This document shows, in pieces, positions 55,501 through 64,000 of a stretch of 64,000 nucleotides of DNA (position 1 is the stretch's first letter; every line of letters starts with the position of its first letter). The notes under the pieces were generated by a model, which searched no databases, was not told the origin of the DNA, and was given only the letters and a program-made list of their open reading frames with translations. Where the stretch lies: the NCBI GenBank assembly GCA_951406725.2, contig OX597815.1:84444001-84508000 (forward strand), read 5' to 3'. The translations under genes and the position numbers were made by a program. Source of the DNA: Octopus vulgaris. Taxonomy: Eukaryota.

Positions 55501-56411
55501 GGGATTTATTTACGAGGCACAAAGCCCTTATAATCTGCATTACTCTTTTGTATTTAACTTATGTGCATTATCTATCGAAATTCCAATTATGTACTACTCT
55601 ATTGCGAATGATTATAAAGAAAATCTCTTCTTTCCTAATTATATATTTAATGAAGCTATTATTACATGTTTACTTTCAAACAAAGCACCGGTGTCGACAC
55701 AAAGAGAATACGTTATTTCATTTCTTTCGATCATGTATGCGTGTGAGCATGCACATGTTTGTGTGTGCGTATATTTGCGTACATCATATTTATTTAAATA
55801 TTAACTTATATTCACAGTTGTATTTTAGATTACGCATCAATATATTTTTATTTTTATTTTTATATGTCGAACAAATATATAATGGCTGTTAAATTTTTTT
55901 GCATTATAAAAAGATATAGCGATATTTAATAAATTAATTATATATTTCAAGCAGTTAAAATATTCTATTTTAATCATACTATTAAAATATTGATTGTTAT
56001 ATGTTAAACAAAAGCATAAAAGTAAGGAAGAAAAATTATTGCTTAATGTTTTAATTAAATCAATAATTAATGACTTTACTGAAACGCTACAGAATTGGAC
56101 TCTGAAGAGCAAAGATTTTGCGGTGTTGTGAGATACAGTACAATAATACACGTTAAATATATGAACATGCATAACATCTTTTAAATACTATAGGCATTAG
56201 AAGTCAGTTTATTTCAAAATGAGTTTCTTTCCTTGATAAACAGTAAATAAAAAAAAAATCCTGAATTGAATTGAATTTATTCACAAATTCAGCTTATGAA
56301 AAGAATAAATTTGTATATATTGAATAATATGTAAGCCAACATATAAGTGTGTGTGTGTGTGTGTGTGTGATAGAGAGAGAAAGAGAGAGCATGTGTGCGT
56401 ATGTGTGCGAG

Positions 56412-56480
<69 letters not shown>

Positions 56481-56717
56481 GTGTAACAAAATGAAGGTAA
56501 AACAGAAATCGGACCACACACCCATTTTTAAGTCTATATCTAATAATTACGATTTCTGCTACATTTATCTAGTTATGCTACTAGCCACCCGCTATTGTCT
56601 CAGTATTGAGATCATAGAGCATAATTAACAATCTGGCGCATTCAATAATTTTTGCTACCAGCCATCTCTTTTCAAGCTCACAACATATACATACGTATTC
56701 ATATATATAAATATATA

Positions 56718-56767
<50 letters not shown>

Positions 56768-56814
56768 TATTATGTGCGTGTATATGTATCTCTATATATG
56801 TGTGTGTATACACA

Positions 56815-56867
<53 letters not shown>

Positions 56868-56954
56868 TTCTCCCCATCCGGTATTTCGAGGAGATTAACA
56901 TTAGATATCGTCAAAACAAAGTCATTACAATCATGATCATTGACATCGTCATCG

Positions 56955-57019
<65 letters not shown>

Positions 57020-57477
57020 GTCGTCGTCGTCGTCGTCGTCAGCAACAACACCAACAGCAACAGTAATTCTATTCGATCCTTGATCCATTGTTACTTTAAT
57101 TCCTTACTTTTCTACATTTACCCTTCACCACTTTCAGGTCTTTCATCTGAATCTGATGATGTACTTGACAATATTTCTTTTGGGAAATTTCATATACATT
57201 GGAGAACGAATCAAAAAGGAAAAAATATTTCTCAGATGTTGAAGATGGTTATTGCCACGAATGCTGTCAAAATATATGCGAAAATATATTCTACATTTCG
57301 TTGAAGTGGTATTGCTGATAATAATAATATATAATATTATTCTGTTATGAACTTAGAACGTATTGCTTTAAATAAATTCTGTCTTCACAAATAAACAAAA
57401 TTGCATGAAACGTATTACATCATTGTGTTGAAGTACGGTTAAGTTGGTAACGCTTTAACGATTTTTAATACGTTTTG

Positions 57478-57858
57478 TACTCTAGGAACAAGGCCTGAAA
57501 TTTTTGGGGAGGGGAACAGTCGATTTGATCAACCCGAGTGTGCAACTGGTACTTAATTTATCGATCCCGAAAGGATGAAAGGCAAAATCGACCTCGGCGG
57601 AATTTGAACTCTGATCGTAAAGACACACGAAATACCTATTTCTTTGCTACCCACAAGGGGCTAAACACAGAGAAGACAAACAAGGACAGACAAACGGATT
57701 AAGTCGATTATATCGACCCCAGTCCGTAACTGGTACTTAATTTATCGACCCCGAAAGGATGAACGGCAAAGTCGACCTCAGCGGAATTTGAACTCAAAAC
57801 GTAACGGCGGACAAAATACGGCTACGCATTTAGCCCCGCGTGCTAACGATTCTGCCAA
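57478..57858 (-). mobile_element. SINE family A tandem dimer
   Basis: Same two-core plus linker layout as 54022-54416. Confidence 0.9.
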
Positions 57859-57900
57859 TTTTGTTGGTTCGAAAATATTCCAACGGTTTTAAGTTATTCT

Positions 57901-58179
57901 ATTTGGTTGGCAACTAAGTTCCCGCCTTTTTTTAAAATTGAAATTTATTTTTAATTTTTTTAATTTTTAAAAGATTTAATAAAAAAAAACAAACAAGTAA
58001 TTAACCAATAATATATTCACCCTTGTTGCTTACAACTTCTTCACAACGTTCAACAAGATTTTCAATACTTCGTTGGTAAAAATCATCTGATTTCGACTCG
58101 AAAAATTGATCTAACCAAGCTTTCAATTATGCATCAGTATTGAACAAAACTCCGCGCATAGCATTTGAAAGAGATCGAA
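57901..58179 (-). mobile_element. mariner 3' end of the same family as 36779-37455, cut by a SINE
   Basis: caactaagttccc..tattcacccttgttgcttacaact..aactccgcgcatagcatttgaaagagatcgaaa is shared with the 36.8-kb copy. Confidence 0.88.
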
Positions 58180-58547
58180 ATTTAATTTATCGACCCCGAA
58201 AGGATGAAAGACAAAGTCGATCTCGGTGGAATTTGAACTCAGGATGTAAAGACAAGTGAAATACTGCTAAGTATTTCGCTCGGCGTGCTAACGTTTCTGC
58301 CAGCTTGCCGACTTATTTCTTTATTGCCCACAAGGGGCTAAATATAGAGGGGACAAACAAGTACAGACAAAGCTATTAAGTCGATTACGTCGACCCTAGT
58401 GTATAACTGGTACTTAATTTATCGACCCCGAAAGGATGAAAGGCAAAGTCGACCTCGGCGGAATTTGAACTCAGAACGTAACAGCAGACGAAATGCCGCT
58501 AAGCATTTCCCTCGGCGTGCTAACGTTTCTGCCAGCTCGCCGACTTA
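58180..58547 (-). mobile_element. SINE family A tandem dimer
   Basis: Two cores with linker; both units retain their heads. Confidence 0.9.
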
Positions 58548-59184
58548 ACCTTTAAAAAATATTAAATGTAATATTATAAACTGCTTCTTAGCCACAATCA
58601 CAGCAACAACAATTACTATAAGAACGGTAACTATATATTCCGATTATAAAGATACATTTCAACTAGCAGCTATGTTGATATATACAGGATGCGTTAAGAA
58701 TATGTGACTGGGATTCAACAAAATTATGAGCTAACATAGGGGTCAACAACTAATGTCAAGCAGTAATGCGTCAAATATTCGCTGCAAGTGGGATGGCACT
58801 ATGGTAAGTAGTCATCCACATCGAACTAGTATCAGACACTAAATTACTTTGGCTAGATATTATGTGCAGGTACAGTAAATGAAGGAGGGGTCTTTCAAGA
58901 ATGTTAAAAAATGAGTTGATAGTTGAAAAAAAGTTCGAGAAGTTTTAGAAGAACTAATGTTGTGTTTCTTAGTGCTTGCTCAATATTGATAATGGAGTGG
59001 TTACTATGCACAGTATTGGTGTTGTTAGTGATAAAGACAAAACCTTTGCCTTCGCAGTTATTCATGTTATTGATGTTGCTGCTGCAACTGCTGCTGCTGC
59101 AGACGTTTCTATTGTTTTAGGTTTAGCTGTTATTCTTGTTATTGTTGACGATGTTGTCATCGTTGGTGCTATATTGTTGCGTTC

Positions 59185-59690
59185 TGGGTGGCGGATTTAG
59201 CAGAATCGATGAAGAATCGAGAAAAATTTGGCAGAATCGAAGAAAATATTTTTTGATATTTAGTTACATCTAGGCGGTGATCTGGCAGAATCATTACCGC
59301 GCCAGGCAAAATGCTTACCGATATTTCCCCCCTCTTCACGTTTTGAGTTAAAATTCTGCCGAGGTCGACTTTGCCTTCCATCCTTTCGGAATCGATAAAA
59401 TGATTACTTGTTGACCACAGGATTCGATGTAGTTGACTTACCTCTCCCACGACATTGCTGGCCTTGTGCCAAAATTTGAAACCGATAATGAGTTATACCT
59501 AAGGCGGCCAGCTGACAGAGTCGCCTGTACATCGGACAAAATGCTTAGCGGCATTTAGTCAATCATTATGTTCCGAGTTCAAATTCCACTGAGGTCGACT
59601 TTATCTTTCATCGTTTCGAGGTCGATAAAATAAATAGAAGTTGAGTATTGGAGTCGGTGTAATCGACTAGCCCCCTCTACATAAATTTCA
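59185..59690 (+). mobile_element. SINE family A copies (partial head plus two near-complete copies)
   Basis: aggcggtgatctggcagaatc and aaggcggccagctgacagag heads with the family core. Confidence 0.85.
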
Positions 59691-60200
59691 GTTCATAAAT
59701 TTCAACAATAAATTTTCACTTCTTTTATTACTCTTATTACCTTCATAAACCTTATCAATTGACCATCAATCATCAACCCTAACATAAACAATTAAATCAT
59801 ATAAACCTGCATAAATACAATTATAATTATAGAAAGGATAATTAGTTACGTCTCTTTTTGGCATGGCTTCAAACACCCTCCGCATCTATTTTGCATTCTT
59901 TTTGTCTGCGATCAATAAAAACAAAATACCAGTTAAATACTGGGGTCGAATTCAGTGTCGAAAGTACATCCTTTCCGAAAACTAACTTGTGTATTTGTTA
60001 GAAGTCGCAATGATAGCAACATTTATTGTTGTCGTTTCTCAGTCCATTTCAAACATGATTGAACAGACATATTATCAAATGTATTTCGTCATTGACCATC
60101 CCTTTCCGTTTTGTATACCAGGGGCTACATTATTCAATATGTCCTTTCCATGCTTAAGCTGGTTGGATGTACTTTGAGGAAATTTAGCTGTTTTTCTCAG

Positions 60201-60314
60201 CAGATGCAACAACTACTTAGAGACCTCTTGTTGGTGCTTAGTGTTGAGGTCCTGGGGCTTTTATTTCAATTTAATCCTTTTTTTCCTGTTATATGTTAAT
60301 GCTGCTGCCATTGG
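60201..60314 (+). other. Candidate host exon (114 nt)
   Basis: Acceptor gtttttctcag|C and donor TGG|GTAAGT. Open frame RCNNYLETSCWCLVLRSWGFYFNLILFFLLYVNAAAI. Confidence 0.2.
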
Positions 60315-60544
60315 GTAAGTTGTATATTATAATTTTGCCTCGGATAGGTTTGTGTGTGTGTATGTGTGTATGTGTGTGTGTATGTGTGTGTGTGTATGTG
60401 TGTGTATGAGAGAGAGAGAGGGGAGAGTTAATGTGGTGCATGTATCCTTTGTGGTTGTGGCAGTTGTCAGCATTGGCGGCTACAGTGATATTATTGCTAA
60501 TTTATTCCAGTGTATTTAATCACATAAGTAGTCACTAAGCGGGT

Positions 60545-60815
60545 AAGAGAGGAGGAGGGGGGAGGGGGAGGGGGAGAAGAAGAAGAAGAAGAAGAAGAAG
60601 AAGAAGAAGAAGAAGAAGAAGAAGAAGAAGGGAAAAAGAAAGAGAAGCAGAAAGAAAAAACCAAGATGATGATGATGGGGAGGGGGAGCGGAGGAGGGGG
60701 AAGAATAGGTGGAGGTGGAGGTGGAGTTGGAGGAGTTGGAGGAGGAGGAGGAGGAGGAGGAGGAGGAGGAGGATGGGGGAGGAGGAGGAGGAGGTGACGG
60801 CAGAGGGGGAGGAAG
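60545..60815. repeat. Purine-rich (GAA)/(GGA)/G-run tract
   Basis: Directly visible. Confidence 0.9.
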
Positions 60816-61273
60816 ATTAAAAGAAGCTCAGAGAAGAGCGAAAGAAGCTGAATGAGAAACGATGTGTAAAAAGACTCTGAATTTGAAAGGATGTTGATGA
60901 AGCAAGTGTTTTTTAAATTGCTTCCGAATAGTCAAAAAAAGAATGAAGGAAGGTAGCGTGTACAGGTAAGAAAGTTGCAAAATAAAGAAATAGATGCGAA
61001 TCAAGAATAAAATGTTCAAGGCCAACTTGTAATAGTAATACAGAAACATCGTTCTGTCTGGCGGCTTGTCCGTATGCCCCTCACTTCTAATGCCCGTCAC
61101 ATACAACAACAGCTACTACTTCTAAAAGCAGACCAACAACATTAATAGCAACATCAAACAATTTTCATGTTTAACAGGCAATGACTCTAAAAAGTGGCTT
61201 CACCAGTTACAAATATCTATCAAATTTGTGTTGTCACAACTTTCTAATTCAGAAAAAAGAAGACATATTAGAT

Positions 61274-61770
61274 CAGGCGTCGCCAAACTTTTTCGACCAA
61301 CGACCCCCTTTAGCCACTTCTCCTTCCGCATTGACCCCCTTTAAGCCACTTCTTCCACACTGACCCCGCCTTTAGCCACTTCTCCTTCCGCATCGACCAC
61401 CCTCCTTATTTAAAATATCGTAATACCCTACCCTACTGTATCTCAAATGCGTACCGGCAATTAAAATGTCAGCTAAAATATACATGTACGACAATTTAAG
61501 AAATTCTATTGAAGAAGATACACTTTTTACATTTAAAACTACGTGAACGAGTATAGACTATTAAACTTCCAGTTTTTATGAAATTGTTTTCACGGTTAGA
61601 AAATGTGAAAAACGCATCTTATTGCAGGAATATCTTTTATTGTAATTGACAACATCAATGTGAGGGATGAGCATGGCGTTGACCAAGTATTTCTAGCAGT
61701 TCATCTGGGTCAGCTGGTCTCTCGCACGCCGATCCCCATTCGACCCCTTGGCCATCATCGACCCCCTGTA
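61274..61770 (-). mobile_element. hAT (Charlie/Buster-like) element 3' end
   Basis: Terminus CAGGCGTCGCCAAACTTTT, three roughly 32-bp subterminal repeats, and a minus-strand ORF ending ..QRHAHPSH*, like Buster/Charlie transposase C-termini. Confidence 0.65.
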
Positions 61771-62609
61771 ATTCCTCAGACTCCCTTTGTATTAGATCAT
61801 TAGGGACATAGTATTGAATAATGTCTAAAAAAAAAAAGGAAGGAATGGTCATTACTGGAACGCATTCGGTCATAAGGTTTCTCGATCAGGACTGACGCTG
61901 ACGAACATTTTCTTCTTATATTCTTTTAAACCGTCTCACTACAACCACACTTAGAGACAATTACCAACACTGCTCTTGTCATTCTAAAACAAAAAGGCAA
62001 CAAGCGCTAATGGTGTCTCTTCCATTTGTCCGTTGACAACCTTTATCAGCTACAGGCAGTCTGCAAAACATAAAATGCAGTTTGAGTATTTTTTCACATT
62101 TGTTGGGAGGGGTTGCTGTTACTTCACACTCACGGATATACGCAAATTCACACAATCTACTGTGAAAATTTTTCTTGTCATTTTAACCCAAGGCAACAAG
62201 CGCTTTGTCTCTACATCTACTCTCTATTAGTCCTCTGATCAACTTTAATCGGCTACAGGTATTCTTTAGAGCGTAAACAAAACCCACAAATTAGTACCGC
62301 TCGCTTATCCGAGACGATACTATCGTCACACGCATACAGACACAAATGCACCCCCCTACACACACACACAACTCCTAGTATACGCACACATCAGCACATA
62401 CACACACGTTCACGTGTGTAAGTAAACATGTGTAAATAAACATGGAAATCCCGTTTAGTAAAGAACAATATGATGTTTCCCTTTGCCTGTAATCTTCAGA
62501 GCTGTAGAATAACTGTAGATTTAACAATATTGTGTGTTTCATTTGTGTAGATACCTTTTTTAATAGATATGAAATTCTCATAACCATATAAAAAAAAGGT
62601 ACACCTCAC

Positions 62610-62845
62610 ACTGGCGGTCGAGGGATCACGGGTTCGAATCTCAGACCGGGCGATGTTTGTATTCATGATTGTAACACCTAAGCTCTCGCAGCGCCAGCAG
62701 AATGTAATGGCGAACTTCTGCTGACTCTTTCATTCGCTCTTATCTCCTGCAACGGACCGGCGTCCCGTACAGGTGGGTAACCTATACGCCAATGAAACCA
62801 GGAAACCGCCCCTTATGAGCCAGGCTTGGCTCGAAAAGGAACAAA
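62610..62845 (+). mobile_element. SINE family D
   Basis: B-box ggttcgaatctc; shares motifs with 37530-37713. Confidence 0.65.
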
Positions 62846-63214
62846 CAGCACACCTTACATCACGATTTTATCATCAACTTGGCCAGTAAAGAGGTAAGTT
62901 GGACTTATTTTTAGTCATTTTAGATTTTTATAAAAGAAATAAGACACATTTTCAACGAAAGAAAGCTTTAGTTATATGTAGAGTAGTCACACTTTCACAG
63001 GATTAAATAAGCTGTCTGTATAGAAGTAAATTCGCTAAGAACGTGAATACATTAGTTAATAGTACACGTCTTACACAGTGAGATCAATTTAATTCTGAGT
63101 TTGGATATATAATCTGTCCGTACACAGTAGACAGATGGTTTATATATATTTACATATCAAATGTAGGATAAAATTTTTCCACCAAAATTCTATCAATGGC
63201 CAGCATATTAAAAA

Positions 63215-63637
<423 letters not shown>

Positions 63638-63639
<2 letters not shown>

Positions 63640-63822
63640 ACGGGAAGGTTTACGAAAATAAACAAAAGACGAAGGCAGGTGGAGTACAAACAAACAAATG
63701 TATTAGTATAGCACTCAGGAATAGAAATAGAAAAAGTCTTTTACGTTTCGAGCCTACGCTCTTCGACAGAAAGATACACAGAAAAAAAAAGGAGAGAAAC
63801 AAGGAGAGAAAAAAATGCGTGT
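63638..63822 (-). mobile_element. (TA)-abutting element with variant hammerhead at 63737-63774
   Basis: Minus strand reads TCTTT CTGTCGAA GAGC gtag GCTC GAAAC GTA AAAGA; same family as 41588. Confidence 0.7.
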
Positions 63823-63827
63823 AAATA

Positions 63828-64000
63828 TGTAAATATGATATGTTATAATTATTCAGTAGCCATGATAAAGCTCCGAGTTTCGGTTGTCGGAGCAGAAACT
63901 CGGAGTTTTGTCATGGCTACCGAATAATTGTCACATATTTACAGATAAATTCCTTCATTCAAATAATATCGAGCTCTCTTTCATTTTTTTATTGTCTTGC
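63828..64000 (+). mobile_element. pLTR 3' fragment related to 30270-30390, with a short inverted duplication
   Basis: gaaactcggagttttgtcatggctac..agataaattccttc..ataatatcgag resembles 30270-30360. 63828-63881 is an inverted copy of 63895-63943. Confidence 0.65.

Noticed and set aside
56102-56125. CTGAAGA followed by the hairpin GCAAA/TTTGC
   Set aside because: It is followed by GGTG rather than GAAA, with no helix I or cleavage triplet.
61300-61400. Three roughly 32-bp direct repeats resembling a CRISPR array
   Set aside because: The repeats are contiguous with no unique spacers, the context is eukaryotic with no cas genes, and they lie inside a hAT terminus.

Overview
AT-rich animal genomic DNA dominated by microsatellites ((TA)n, (CA)n, (TACA)n, (TAA)n, (TTC)n, (AGT)n) and decayed transposable elements. 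The repeat landscape resembles an Octopus genome; this is inferred from pattern recognition and was not checked by search. I found no intact host protein-coding gene, rRNA, true tRNA or CRISPR array, and nearly all ORFs in the track are microsatellite read-through or transposon debris. Recognisable elements: RTE LINEs, many R4/Dong-like fragments mostly beside (TAA)n, an L1/Tx1 3' end, a CR1-like 3' end, Penelope-like element (PLE) GIY-YIG fragments, mariner copies, a DUF4817-type Tc1/mariner, a hAT end, a non-autonomous Helitron and at least four tRNA-derived SINE families. The strongest non-ORF signal is about a dozen minimal hammerhead-ribozyme (HHR)-like motifs in short cassettes next to (TA)n. 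Two have intact canonical cores and others recur with non-canonical cores. Also notable are several long inverted repeats, a templated inverted insertion and two weak candidate host exons. Boundaries were read by eye and are approximate unless a motif is quoted.
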